Positions 42,689 to 52,316 of a stretch of DNA of 64,000 nt are shown in pieces. The translations under genes and the position numbers were made by a program. Numbering within the stretch: position 1 is the first letter of the stretch; each line of letters starts with the position of its first letter. The notes under the pieces are model-generated. The model saw only the letters and a program-made list of their open reading frames with translations. It had not been told where the DNA came from and made no database searches. The DNA is from Alphaproteobacteria bacterium (GTDB taxonomy: Bacteria > Pseudomonadota > Alphaproteobacteria > UBA8366 > GCA-2717185), in assembly GCA_021774385.1 (NCBI GenBank), contig JAJFJC010000261.1, forward strand, positions 2,413-66,412. Direction: 5' to 3'.

Positions 42689-44392
42689 GTGGATGCATTT
42701 CTGCAGATTTTGCGCAATATCGGAACGGCCCGTCTTGGCGCGATGGCCGGTGTCGCCGTCATACTGGTCGCATTTTTCATTTACCTGACGACGCGTTTGG
42801 CTTCCCCCAACATGGCGCTACTTTATGGCGGCTTGGACGCGGCGGATGCGGGGCAAATTATTGGCCATCTCCAGGCGCAAAGCGTTCCGTATGAAGCGCG
42901 AAACAAGGGCACCGAATTATTCGTTCCAACCAACCAGGTCGGAACATTAAGGCTTTTCATCGCGGAACAAGGCCTGCCTGGCGGCGGCACGCTGGGCAAC
43001 GAATTGCTTGATCGCGACGAGGCGATCGGAACGTCCAGTTTTATACAAAACCTTAATAGGATTCGCGCACTTGAAGGAGAGATATCCAGAACGATCATGT
43101 CCTTGGGGCCCGTCAAAACCGCACGGGTTCATCTGGTCTTGCCGCGTCGGGAATTGTTTACCCGTGACCGTCAGGAACCAAGTGCCTCCGTCGCGTTACA
43201 GATGCGCGGCTCGACCCGTCTTGACCGAAACCAAGTTCTCGCGATTCAGCATTTAGTCGCCGCGGCTGTGCCAGGACTACAGCCTTCGCGAATTTCCATT
43301 GTCGATGATCGAGGAACCTTGCTGGCCCGCCTTGGCGATGGCGACGGGAGTCAATTGCAAGGGGACTTCACCCCAGACGAACAGCGTGTCGCATTCGAGT
43401 CTCGGATAGGCAACCGCCTGACGAATCTTTTGGAAAGAACCATCGGATTTGGCAAGGTTCGCGCCGAGGTCCGGGCGGAGATAGATTTCGACCGCATCGA
43501 AACCAATCAAGAAACCTACGATCCAGACGGTCAGGTCGTACGATCGACACAGACGATCGAAGATTCCAGCCAAAGTAAAGAAGGTGATGCGGATGCGGTT
43601 TCCGTAGGCCAAAACTTGCCGGATGCGGACCAACTTGGCGGTGGCGCCGGCAGTCAAAACCAATCGAACAGGACCGAGGAAGCCGTTAACTTTGAAATTT
43701 CGAAAACCGTGCGCCGCAGTGTCCGGAATGCCGGCAAGGTTAACCGGATGTCCGTTGCCGTCTTGGTCGACGGCGTCGTCACGAATGCTGAAAACGGCGA
43801 CCAAACCTACCGGCCGCGCAGCGCGGAGGAAATGGAACAAATCGAAAAACTGGTTCGGTCGGCTATAGGGTTCGACGGCGACCGGGGCGATACGATAGAG
43901 GTGGTGAATATGCGTTTTGCGTCCGCGCCGGTCGGAGATGCTGACCTCGCAAGCGACGAAATCTTCGGCTTCAAACAAAACGACCTTTTGCGGCTACTGG
44001 AAGTCGTCGTTCTGGCGACCGTCGGTATTCTCGCAATTCTCCTCGTCGTTAGGCCTCTAATCAGCAAGGTATTCGAGGCCACGGCCGCGACGGCCGAGGC
44101 CATCGCCCAGTCAACGGAACAACAAATGCTTACAGACCAAAGCGGCGGAGCGCCCGCGCTAGCCGGTCCCGCGGGAGCGGCGGGCGGTGTCCCGGCGGCA
44201 ATGGGCGGCGCTGCAATGGGAGGCGGTGTGGCTGGCGCGCTTTCCGCTGATGAAGACGAAAACATGATCAATCTCAGCAATATCGAGGGCCGCGTAAAGG
44301 CGTCGTCCCTACGAAAAATTGGCGATATTATCGACAAACATCCCGAAGAAGCCGTCTCTATCATGCGGACTTGGATGTATCAGGACAGTTAA
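42689..44392 (+). CDS. fliF: Flagellar MS-ring protein FliF
   Basis: 567 aa from a GTG start with GAGG 9 nt upstream. The N-terminal TM segment is followed by ALLYGGLDAADAGQIIGHLQAQSVPYE. The ring-building region contains VKTARVHLVLPRRELF, and a C-terminal TM segment precedes IIDKHPEEAVSIMRTWM. Confidence 0.92.
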   Translation: MDAFLQILRNIGTARLGAMAGVAVILVAFFIYLTTRLASPNMALLYGGLDAADAGQIIGHLQAQSVPYEARNKGTELFVPTNQVGTLRLFIAEQGLPGGGTLGNELLDRDEAIGTSSFIQNLNRIRALEGEISRTIMSLGPVKTARVHLVLPRRELFTRDRQEPSASVALQMRGSTRLDRNQVLAIQHLVAAAVPGLQPSRISIVDDRGTLLARLGDGDGSQLQGDFTPDEQRVAFESRIGNRLTNLLERTIGFGKVRAEVRAEIDFDRIETNQETYDPDGQVVRSTQTIEDSSQSKEGDADAVSVGQNLPDADQLGGGAGSQNQSNRTEEAVNFEISKTVRRSVRNAGKVNRMSVAVLVDGVVTNAENGDQTYRPRSAEEMEQIEKLVRSAIGFDGDRGDTIEVVNMRFASAPVGDADLASDEIFGFKQNDLLRLLEVVVLATVGILAILLVVRPLISKVFEATAATAEAIAQSTEQQMLTDQSGGAPALAGPAGAAGGVPAAMGGAAMGGGVAGALSADEDENMINLSNIEGRVKASSLRKIGDIIDKHPEEAVSIMRTWMYQDS

Positions 44393-44506
44393 ATTAAGTG
44401 AACCGGGAAACATCATCGTGATTCTGGAAATCATCCCTGATCAGGCCTCAGGCCCCAAACAACATGGCTTGCGTGCAACGCCGCGCTTGCAATTTGCCAT
44501 TGAACG

Positions 44507-45559
44507 ATGGAATTGAGTCTCCCCTTGGAAAACAAGAAGTACCCACCCTATCTTTTCGACCTCGATTTCGACGCAAGCGCATTACCGCCGGAACCCGAGA
44601 TTGTCGAAGAGGCGCCACCGCCACCAACCTTTTCCAGCGAGGAATTACAGGCTGCGCGCGATGAAGGGTATGCCTCGGGAAAAGCGGAAGGGCTCTCGCA
44701 GACCCAATCGGAATTCGACCTACATCTAGGCGAAATCATCGCTGCAATTCAGCATAACTTCGCGACCTTGGCAGCCGCCCAGACCGAAACAAACGAAACA
44801 ACACTTCGCGACGCGGTCCAAGTTGCATTGGCTATAAACAAGAAATTGTTTCCGGAATATGCCAGACGGCATGGGCTCGACGAAATCGAGGCTTTTATTT
44901 TAGGCACACTTTCCACGCTGTTTTCCGAGGCTGAAATTACCATCAACGTGCCAGAGGCGATTGCCAGTGAAATTGCCGCACGGCTCGAACCGATCGCTAA
45001 ACCAAGCGGATTGTCGGAAAGGTTAAGAGTCGCCGCCGACCCGACATTGGGCACGGCGGATTGCAAAATTGAATGGGGCAATGGTGGTGCCGAGCGAAAC
45101 GGCGAACTGCTTATGGCCGAAATAGAAACCATTGCCGCACGCTTCCTGGATAGCCATCCGCAACCATTCGAAACGCCAATCAAACACATTGAGGCTGTGT
45201 CGAAACCGGAACCCGACCTTGTTGAAACAGTATTCCCCGACGTTGAAACGTCAGATCAGCAGCAACAAACGGCTCAGGACGACGTCACCGGTGCGAACGA
45301 AGAACTTATCGACAGTCCTGGCCGTGATGTGGAACCGGAACCATCGAACGACACTCCTGCCGCGGTTCCCCTTGCGGATCAATTAGCGGAAGGCGCAATC
45401 GAGCCGGAAGAACCGGAAGCGGAAAATCCGGAAGAGGAAATTCCAGCAGAGATGACGCCGCCGTTACCCAAGCAGATGGAAAATCAAACAGCTGAAGACA
45501 CACCTGTTGACGTCCCCCCCACACCGGCCGCCCTTCCAGGAGCAATCGATGCTAGCTAG
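44507..45559 (+). CDS. fliH: Flagellar export ATPase regulator FliH-like protein with a long acidic/proline-rich C-terminal tail
   Basis: 350 aa. The N-terminal pattern is ELQAARDEGYASGKAEGLSQ. The FliH/SctL-type domain ends at about residue 215 (TLGTADCKIEWGNGGAERNGELLMAEIETIAARFL). The last ~135 aa are low-complexity and rich in E, P, D and T. Confidence 0.65.
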   Translation: MELSLPLENKKYPPYLFDLDFDASALPPEPEIVEEAPPPPTFSSEELQAARDEGYASGKAEGLSQTQSEFDLHLGEIIAAIQHNFATLAAAQTETNETTLRDAVQVALAINKKLFPEYARRHGLDEIEAFILGTLSTLFSEAEITINVPEAIASEIAARLEPIAKPSGLSERLRVAADPTLGTADCKIEWGNGGAERNGELLMAEIETIAARFLDSHPQPFETPIKHIEAVSKPEPDLVETVFPDVETSDQQQQTAQDDVTGANEELIDSPGRDVEPEPSNDTPAAVPLADQLAEGAIEPEEPEAENPEEEIPAEMTPPLPKQMENQTAEDTPVDVPPTPAALPGAIDAS

Positions 45560-45696
45560 AAGAATCGAACCTACGGTCAGGATTATTTCGCACCTTGAAA
45601 TTGGCTTCGACCTACGAGACCCAATCGAGGCAACAGAACCAAACGATGACTTCACCTAGTCCAGATACGCTTTAGCGCCTCCTAAAGGAGCAAACG

Positions 45697-46056
45697 ATGG
45701 CAGAAGACGACGAATCGCCACCTCTAGAAGAGTTGGACGAAGAACAAACCGAAGCGGAAGACACCGGCGTAGACCCTCGAATTGCCGAGATGGAATCACC
45801 CCTCGGCGCGCGCGATTTGGAAGCTGTCTACCAAATTCCCGTGCAAGTCTCGGCAGTATTGGGCAAATCAACGATGCAGGTTAGCAATCTGCTGAAAATG
45901 GGGCGCGGCGCTGTTGTCGAATTGGATCGAAAGGTCGGCGAGGCCATCGACATCTATGTGAACAACCGGCTGGTGGCGCGTGGTGAGGTCGTCGTTGTCG
46001 AAGACAAACTTGGTGTGACGATGACGGAAATCATCAAGTCAGAGCGCAATACATGA
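45697..46056 (+). CDS. fliN: Flagellar C-ring protein FliN
   Basis: 119 aa. The SpoA domain reads IPVQVSAVLGKSTMQVSNLLKMGRGAVVELDRKVGEAIDIYVNNRLVARGEVVVVEDKLGVTMTEII. Confidence 0.92.
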   Translation: MAEDDESPPLEELDEEQTEAEDTGVDPRIAEMESPLGARDLEAVYQIPVQVSAVLGKSTMQVSNLLKMGRGAVVELDRKVGEAIDIYVNNRLVARGEVVVVEDKLGVTMTEIIKSERNT

Positions 46057-46116
46057 TGTTGCCGCTTATGACAGTTTGCAATACCAGGTGCTGCCTCGAC
46101 ATCGAAACGGTATGCC

Positions 46117-46956
46117 ATGGCAATTGAAGCCGAAGGAGGCGGCGATTCAAGAACGCCCACGGTGTCGCCACCGGTAACGCGGTCGGCTGTCGACCTGGCG
46201 ACCTTGGTCGGTATATCGGGTGCGTTCCTACTAATTTTCACGGCGATTTATTTGGGCGGAACGCCGGGTGCGTTCCTCAACATCCCATCGATATTTATTG
46301 TCGTTGGCGGCACCGTGGGTGTGACGACGGCCTGTTTTTCCCTACGCGACATGTCCCATGCCGTCCGCATTGTCGCTCAGACCGTATTTCATAGATCACG
46401 AGACCCCGCCGGAGCGGCCATTCATGCTCTGCAACTTGCCCAGATCGCGCGTTACAGAGGCGCGCTGGCACTACAGCCACATATCGAAAGTATCGAGCCG
46501 CAGAGAATGCTTTATCGCGGCCTGACTATGGTCGTCGATGGCACACCGGGTGACGAAATCGAGCGGATCATGCAGCAGGAGTTGCAGGCAACCGCCCAGC
46601 GCCAAGCACGCAGCGTGAACGTTTTGCGCCGCGCCGCCGAGATCGCCCCCGCAATGGGTCTGATCGGAACCCTCGTCGGATTAATACAAATGCTGGGAAA
46701 TCTCGAAGACCCGAGCACGATTGGACCGGCGATGGCGGTCGCGCTTCTCACCACGTTCTACGGCGCAATACTCGCCAATATGGTTTTCACGCCCCTTGCA
46801 TCAAAACTTGAACGAAACTCGAGCGAAGAGACCCTTATCAACCACCTTTATGTAATGGCGTCGGCTTCGATTGGCCGGCAAGAGAACCCAAGGCGGCTCG
46901 AAATGCTGCTGAATACAATTCTGCCTCCCGGACACCGGGTCGAATATTTCAACTAG
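46117..46956 (+). CDS. motA: Flagellar stator protein MotA (MotA/TolQ/ExbB family)
   Basis: 279 aa and four TM segments. The conserved C-terminal channel region is APAMGLIGTLVGLIQML...AVALLTTFYGAILANMVFTPLASKL. Confidence 0.85.
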   Translation: MAIEAEGGGDSRTPTVSPPVTRSAVDLATLVGISGAFLLIFTAIYLGGTPGAFLNIPSIFIVVGGTVGVTTACFSLRDMSHAVRIVAQTVFHRSRDPAGAAIHALQLAQIARYRGALALQPHIESIEPQRMLYRGLTMVVDGTPGDEIERIMQQELQATAQRQARSVNVLRRAAEIAPAMGLIGTLVGLIQMLGNLEDPSTIGPAMAVALLTTFYGAILANMVFTPLASKLERNSSEETLINHLYVMASASIGRQENPRRLEMLLNTILPPGHRVEYFN

Positions 46957-46980
46957 TTAGACTACAAGGTCGGATCAACC

Positions 46981-48357
46981 ATGAGACTACTAATCGTCGG
47001 CACCCTGGAAGGCCATATCAGCACCGCTGGAAAAATTGCAATTTCCCGAGGTGCGAAAGTCAGCCATGTCAATTCGATTGAGGAAGCGCTTGCTTCCGTT
47101 CGCTCCGGTCAAGGCGCGGAATTACTACTCGTTGATGTCAAACTCAATATCGGCGACCTAGTAACGCGTCTCGCCAGCGAGCGCATCAATGTACCCGTCG
47201 TATCGTGCGGAATCGGAACCAGCGCAGAGGCCGCGGTGGAAGCGATCCGCCAAGGCGCGCGGGAATATATACCACTCCCCCCCGACCCTGAACTGATCGC
47301 CGCCGTCCTGGAGGCCGTGGCCGCGGAAAGCAATACGATCATACATCGCGATCCGGCAATGAAAGCGGTCATTGCGCTGGCTGACCAAATCGCGCCATCC
47401 GAAGCTTCGATCCTAATCACGGGCGAATCGGGCACCGGCAAGGAATTGATGGCGCGCCATATCCACGTGAAAAGCAACAGGTCGTCAAAGGCTTTCGTTG
47501 CGGTAAATTGCGCGGCAATACCGGAGAACCTTCTTGAATCGGAATTATTCGGACACGAAAAAGGCGCTTTTACAGGAGCCGTGGCGAGGCGGATTGGTAA
47601 GTTCGAGGAAGCCGATGGTGGCACACTACTGCTTGACGAGATCAGTGAGCTGCACCCCCGCCTTCAAGCCAAACTTCTACGCGCTGTCCAAGAACGCGAA
47701 ATAGATCGAGTCGGCGGTCTAAAGCCGATCAAGATCGATGTCAGGCTCCTCGCGACATCAAACCGAAATCTTCAGGATGCAGTGAAAAACGGTGATTTTC
47801 GTGAAGATCTGTATTTTCGCCTGAATGTCGTGAATATCGGCATCCCGGCATTGAGAAACCGGCCGCAGGACATTGAAATTCTAGCCAATTTCTTTGCCGA
47901 CAAATATGCCGAGGCAAATGGCGTCGCTAGGAAACCCATAGGACAGGATACGTTGAACACGCTCCAACGACACGGCTGGCCAGGCAATGTCCGAGAGCTT
48001 GAAAACACCATGCATCGTTCCGTTCTGCTTTCACAGGGCACCGAACTCGCCATGGATGCGACGATACTTCAATTGTCTGGCATCAGCGTCGGGGAACCGG
48101 CGGCGCCGTCGTTCGCGCCAACAACACCAGCCGATTCGAATAGTACCAATGGCGAAGCCGACTTCGTGCGGCGCACCGTCGCCGAGGTCGAACGCGACCT
48201 CATCATTGACACGTTGCAACATTGCCTCGGCAACAGAACCCATGCCGCGAATATTTTAGGCATTTCAATCAGAACGCTTAGAAACAAACTAAAGCTTTAC
48301 GCCGAGAATGGCCTCGCGGTACCCATGCCCGGTGAAGTGGAGTCAACGGCACCTTAG
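46981..48357 (+). CDS. flbD: Sigma-54-dependent transcriptional activator FlbD (degenerate receiver + AAA+ + Fis-type HTH)
   Basis: 458 aa. Walker A is GESGTGKE, the GAFTGA loop is EKGAFTGAV, and the C-terminal HTH is NRTHAANILGISIRTLRNKL. The N-terminal domain (MRLLIVGTLEG...AKVSHV...REYIPLPPDPELIAAVLEAV) lacks the acidic pair and the conserved Lys. It resembles Caulobacter FlbD. Confidence 0.85.
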   Translation: MRLLIVGTLEGHISTAGKIAISRGAKVSHVNSIEEALASVRSGQGAELLLVDVKLNIGDLVTRLASERINVPVVSCGIGTSAEAAVEAIRQGAREYIPLPPDPELIAAVLEAVAAESNTIIHRDPAMKAVIALADQIAPSEASILITGESGTGKELMARHIHVKSNRSSKAFVAVNCAAIPENLLESELFGHEKGAFTGAVARRIGKFEEADGGTLLLDEISELHPRLQAKLLRAVQEREIDRVGGLKPIKIDVRLLATSNRNLQDAVKNGDFREDLYFRLNVVNIGIPALRNRPQDIEILANFFADKYAEANGVARKPIGQDTLNTLQRHGWPGNVRELENTMHRSVLLSQGTELAMDATILQLSGISVGEPAAPSFAPTTPADSNSTNGEADFVRRTVAEVERDLIIDTLQHCLGNRTHAANILGISIRTLRNKLKLYAENGLAVPMPGEVESTAP

Positions 48358-48401
48358 GAAAGGAACGGCACGAAAATCGTGACGACCGGAGTTAGCAGGG
48401 C

Positions 48402-50534
48402 ATGACCGATGCGACACCAGAAGTAGGCGGAGAAAGCACGAACGCCCGTGCCATCGCCTCGTCCTCGATTAATGGTACGCTCCGAAACATTTCAAAACGC
48501 GGCGATATCGCGTTGGCGCTTGGCATCGTCTGTATTTTGGTGGTGCTCCTCTTGCCGATGCCGACATGGATGTTGGATTTTTCGCTGGCGTTGTCGATCA
48601 CGTTTTCCGTCCTCATCCTAATGACGGTTCTGTTTATTAAGGAACCTCTCGAGCTAAACTCTTTCCCTACAATTCTGCTGATCGCGACAATGATGCGATT
48701 GGCGCTGAACCTTGCATCGACCCGCCTAATCCTCGCCGACGGTCATACCGGGACCGCGGCTGCGGGACGCGTCATTGAATCCTTCGGAAATTTCGTCGTT
48801 GCCGGCAACTATGTCATCGGCATTATTGTTTTCGGAATTTTGGTAATCGTAAATTTCGTCGTGATTACCAAAGGCGCGGGACGTATCGCGGAGGTGGCGG
48901 CCAGGTTCAGTCTCGACGCCATGCCCGGCAAGCAGATGGCGATCGATTCCGATCTATCGGCGGGTTTAATCGGCGAGGAGGACGCCCGGAACCGGCGTTC
49001 GAAACTCGAGGAAGAAAATTCATTCTTTGGTGCAATGGACGGAGCGTCGAAGTTCGTGCGTGGCGACGCGATTGCCGGCCTACTCATCACGTTTATCAAC
49101 ATTATCGGCGGCATCATTATCGGCACGGCGCAGCAGGACATGTCCGTGTCGGAAGCGGCGCAGAACTATACATTGCTGACCGTCGGCGACGGCCTGGTGA
49201 GCCAAATTCCGGCACTCATTGTTTCCATTGGCGCGGGTATGCTGGTTACCAAAGCGGGCGTCCGGGGAACCACGGACAAGGCCGTGTTTGGTCAATTAGG
49301 CGGCTATCCGAGCGCGCTGGGAATATCTTCCGTTCTACTCGTCGTCATGGCGATGCTACCCGGAATTCCAGCTTTTCCGTTCCTGTTGCTCGCCGCGATT
49401 ACCGGCGGCCTCGCGTTTAATCTGACGCGGCAGGAGGCAAAAACGGTTGCCGACGAGCAAGCCAACGCCGCCGCGGAAGCAGCCGAAGTTCCCGTCGCGG
49501 AAGAACCCATTACAACGGCGCTTGCAATTGACCTGATACGGCTCGAACTCGGATATGGCCTGCTATCGATGATCAATTCGCAAAAAGAACAGCGCCTTAC
49601 CGATCAAATCAAAGCGCTCCGGCGCCAGCTCGCCTCGGAAATGGGGTTCGTCATGCCGGCGGTCCGCATACAAGACAATCTCCAATTGGCGGCGAATGCC
49701 TATGTTGTGCGTATTAAGGAAATTGAAGCGGGAACAGGGGAACTACGCCCCAGCATGCTGTTGGTGATGGATCCTAGAGGAGAACAAATAAGTCTGCCTG
49801 GGGAGGCAACACAGGAACCGACATTTGGTCTACCTGCCATGTGGATCAACGAACAAAGCCGCGAGGAAGCAATGTTCCGTGGTTACACTGTTGTGGATGC
49901 TCCAACGGTGATCACAACCCACATAACCGAAATTATTCGGGAAAACATGTCGGAACTTTTGTCTTACGTCGAAACGCAAAAACTTCTCGACGAACTCGAT
50001 GCCGCACACCAGAAACTAATCGCCGATTTGGTTCCCAATCAAATTTCTGTCGGTGGTGTACAACGAGTCCTGCAAAACCTCCTTTCCGAGCGGATTTCCA
50101 TTCGCGACCTTTCGACCATCCTGGAAGGGATTTCCGAAGCTTGCGGTTACACACGTAACATGACCCAAATTACCGAGCACGTTCGGTCGCGGTTGGCGCG
50201 GCAACTTTCAGATACAAACACCAATGAACAAGGTCACGTCCCCTTGATCACCCTATCGCCGGAATGGGAACAGGCATTCGCGGAATCGATCATCGGCGAA
50301 GGAGAAGAAAAGCAACTTGCAATGTCGCCGACCGACTTACAAAAATTTATCAATGCGGTTCGAACCACGTTTGAGCGACATGCGATGCAAGGCGACGTCC
50401 CAATTTTGCTCGTCAGTCCGGGCATTCGGCCTTATGTCCGCTCGGTAATCGAGCGTTTCCGCCCCGTTACTGTCGTTATGTCTCAAAATGAGATCCACGC
50501 GAAGGCGCGGATCAAGACCGTCGGACAAATTTAG
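48402..50534 (+). CDS. flhA: Flagellar export-gate protein FlhA
   Basis: 710 aa. The conserved FHIPEP region is EVAARFSLDAMPGKQMAIDSDLSAGLI...FFGAMDGASKFVRGDAIAG. A large cytoplasmic C-terminal domain follows. Confidence 0.93.
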   Translation: MTDATPEVGGESTNARAIASSSINGTLRNISKRGDIALALGIVCILVVLLLPMPTWMLDFSLALSITFSVLILMTVLFIKEPLELNSFPTILLIATMMRLALNLASTRLILADGHTGTAAAGRVIESFGNFVVAGNYVIGIIVFGILVIVNFVVITKGAGRIAEVAARFSLDAMPGKQMAIDSDLSAGLIGEEDARNRRSKLEEENSFFGAMDGASKFVRGDAIAGLLITFINIIGGIIIGTAQQDMSVSEAAQNYTLLTVGDGLVSQIPALIVSIGAGMLVTKAGVRGTTDKAVFGQLGGYPSALGISSVLLVVMAMLPGIPAFPFLLLAAITGGLAFNLTRQEAKTVADEQANAAAEAAEVPVAEEPITTALAIDLIRLELGYGLLSMINSQKEQRLTDQIKALRRQLASEMGFVMPAVRIQDNLQLAANAYVVRIKEIEAGTGELRPSMLLVMDPRGEQISLPGEATQEPTFGLPAMWINEQSREEAMFRGYTVVDAPTVITTHITEIIRENMSELLSYVETQKLLDELDAAHQKLIADLVPNQISVGGVQRVLQNLLSERISIRDLSTILEGISEACGYTRNMTQITEHVRSRLARQLSDTNTNEQGHVPLITLSPEWEQAFAESIIGEGEEKQLAMSPTDLQKFINAVRTTFERHAMQGDVPILLVSPGIRPYVRSVIERFRPVTVVMSQNEIHAKARIKTVGQI

Positions 50535-50540
50535 AAGACG

Positions 50541-51527
50541 ATGCGACTGAAAACGTTTCACGCGGAAAGCATGAAGGAAGCCATGGAGCTCGTGCGCGAG
50601 CAACTCGGCGCGGACGCAATCATTGTCGCGACCCATGAAGACGAGAGCGCGCGGGACGTCCGCATTACCGCAGCAGTTGAAGGTGATGATCTTGAGTCAC
50701 CGTTACTCGAAAACGCCGAACCACTCGATATCGTCGACCAGCTTAGCGTCTCGCTCGACGCCCATGGCGTGCCCACGGCACTCGCCGATAAATTATTAAA
50801 CGCTGCATCCCATCTCGGTATAGCGGACCCCGTGCTCGCCTTGGCGGGGGCATTGGATGATTGTTTCGCCTTTGCACCGCTCCCCGACCAACGCGGCCCC
50901 AAGCCCTTAATGTTCATAGGCCCTCCAGGTTCCGGAAAAACCGTCAGCATGGCTAAATTGGCGGTGCGTATCCGTCTTGAGGACAATTCCGTCAGCTTTA
51001 TCTCCACGGACACGGTTCGGGCAGGTGCGATCGATCAGCTCAGCACATACGCCAAGTATCTGAAGGCGGAATTCAGCAGTGCCAATACCCCTGTGTCCCT
51101 GGTCGAAGCCATGCGCAACGCGAATGCAGCGGCGCAGATACTGATCGATACGGCGGGCGTCAACCCGCATAGCGCGGAGGACATTCATCGCCTCCTTGAG
51201 TTCACGGAAACGGCGCAAATGGAACGAATTCTCGTTGTCGCGGCGGGCGGAGACGCAATAGAAACCGGGGAACTCGCAGCGGCCTTTGCTCAAATAAGGC
51301 CGAGCCGAATACTCATTACCCGTCTCGATATGGTCCGGCGGCTTGGCGGCATCCTGGCCGCCGCCGACGCGAGCGGGCTGCCCTTTTGTGACGTCAGCCT
51401 TACGCCCGATATCGCATCCGGCCTGCGCGCCATTAATCCTGTTTCTCTGGCACGCCTCTTGCTACCTGACTTCGCACAAGACTCTTCTTTGCAAGCGGAA
51501 ACCATACAAGCGACTGGATCCAACTAG
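50541..51527 (+). CDS. flhF: Flagellar SRP-type GTPase FlhF
   Basis: 328 aa. The N-terminus is MRLKTFHAESMKEAMELVREQLGADAIIV. G1 is FIGPPGSGKT, DTAG is LIDTAGV, and ITRLD is also present. Confidence 0.85.
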   Translation: MRLKTFHAESMKEAMELVREQLGADAIIVATHEDESARDVRITAAVEGDDLESPLLENAEPLDIVDQLSVSLDAHGVPTALADKLLNAASHLGIADPVLALAGALDDCFAFAPLPDQRGPKPLMFIGPPGSGKTVSMAKLAVRIRLEDNSVSFISTDTVRAGAIDQLSTYAKYLKAEFSSANTPVSLVEAMRNANAAAQILIDTAGVNPHSAEDIHRLLEFTETAQMERILVVAAGGDAIETGELAAAFAQIRPSRILITRLDMVRRLGGILAAADASGLPFCDVSLTPDIASGLRAINPVSLARLLLPDFAQDSSLQAETIQATGSN

Positions 51528-52316
51528 ATGTCACTTCGACCGATAGCAGCCGACACACCCGACCCAGCGGCTCGCCGCAAGATAATTGCCGTTGCCTCGG
51601 GCAAGGGTGGCGTGGGCAAAACCTGGTTCTCGATTTCTCTAAGCCAAGCGCTGAGCCAAAGCGGCCAGCGAACCCTCCTTTTCGACGGTGACCTTGGTTT
51701 GGCAAATGTCGACATACAACTTGGCCTGATGCCAAAGCAGGACCTCGCCGGGGTAATCGCTGGGAAACTTACCTTACCGCAAGCGATTACCAACTATCGC
51801 GAGGGGCAGTTCGATATTTTGGCCGGCCGTTCCGGCGCTGGGAATTTGGCAATGCTACCCGTACAGCGGCTCGTCACGCTTCGTGACAATCTGATGCGCC
51901 TGGCCGGAAAATACGATCGAGTCATTCTAGATCTAAGTGCCGGTGTCGACCGCACGGTCCAGACTCTTGCCGCGGCCGCGGGAACCGCCTTGGTCGTTAC
52001 GACGGACGAACCGACTTCACTCACCGATGCCTATGCCTTCATCAAACTGACCGTCGCCGACCATCCAGAGGCCGATTTGCGGATCGTCGTGAACATGGCG
52101 GAGACATCGAACAGTGGGCGCGAGACATATGAGACCTTGCGCAAGGCTTGTTACAATTTTCTTGGGAGGGAAATTCCCTTGGCCGGAATTGTTCGAAACG
52201 ACAGCAAGGTGCGCGAAAGCATTCGTCGCCAAACAGCACTCCTGACCCGCCACCCCTCAGCCGAGGCCGCGCAGGATGTCGAAGCGATCGCCGCCCGATT
52301 GAAGCGGGAGACATGA
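51528..52316 (+). CDS. flhG: MinD/ParA-type ATPase FlhG (FleN/YlxH)
   Basis: 262 aa with the deviant Walker A VASGKGGVGKT. It lies directly after flhF with a 0-nt gap. Confidence 0.85.
   Translation: MSLRPIAADTPDPAARRKIIAVASGKGGVGKTWFSISLSQALSQSGQRTLLFDGDLGLANVDIQLGLMPKQDLAGVIAGKLTLPQAITNYREGQFDILAGRSGAGNLAMLPVQRLVTLRDNLMRLAGKYDRVILDLSAGVDRTVQTLAAAAGTALVVTTDEPTSLTDAYAFIKLTVADHPEADLRIVVNMAETSNSGRETYETLRKACYNFLGREIPLAGIVRNDSKVRESIRRQTALLTRHPSAEAAQDVEAIAARLKRET

Noticed and set aside
43277-43978. 233-aa minus-strand ORF.
   Set aside because: It is antisense to fliF and is a shadow ORF.
52148-52312. Upstream extension of the 555-aa track ORF into flhG.
   Set aside because: It overlaps the flhG coding sequence in another frame. 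The ATGA stop/start overlap at 52313 is the more plausible coupled start.
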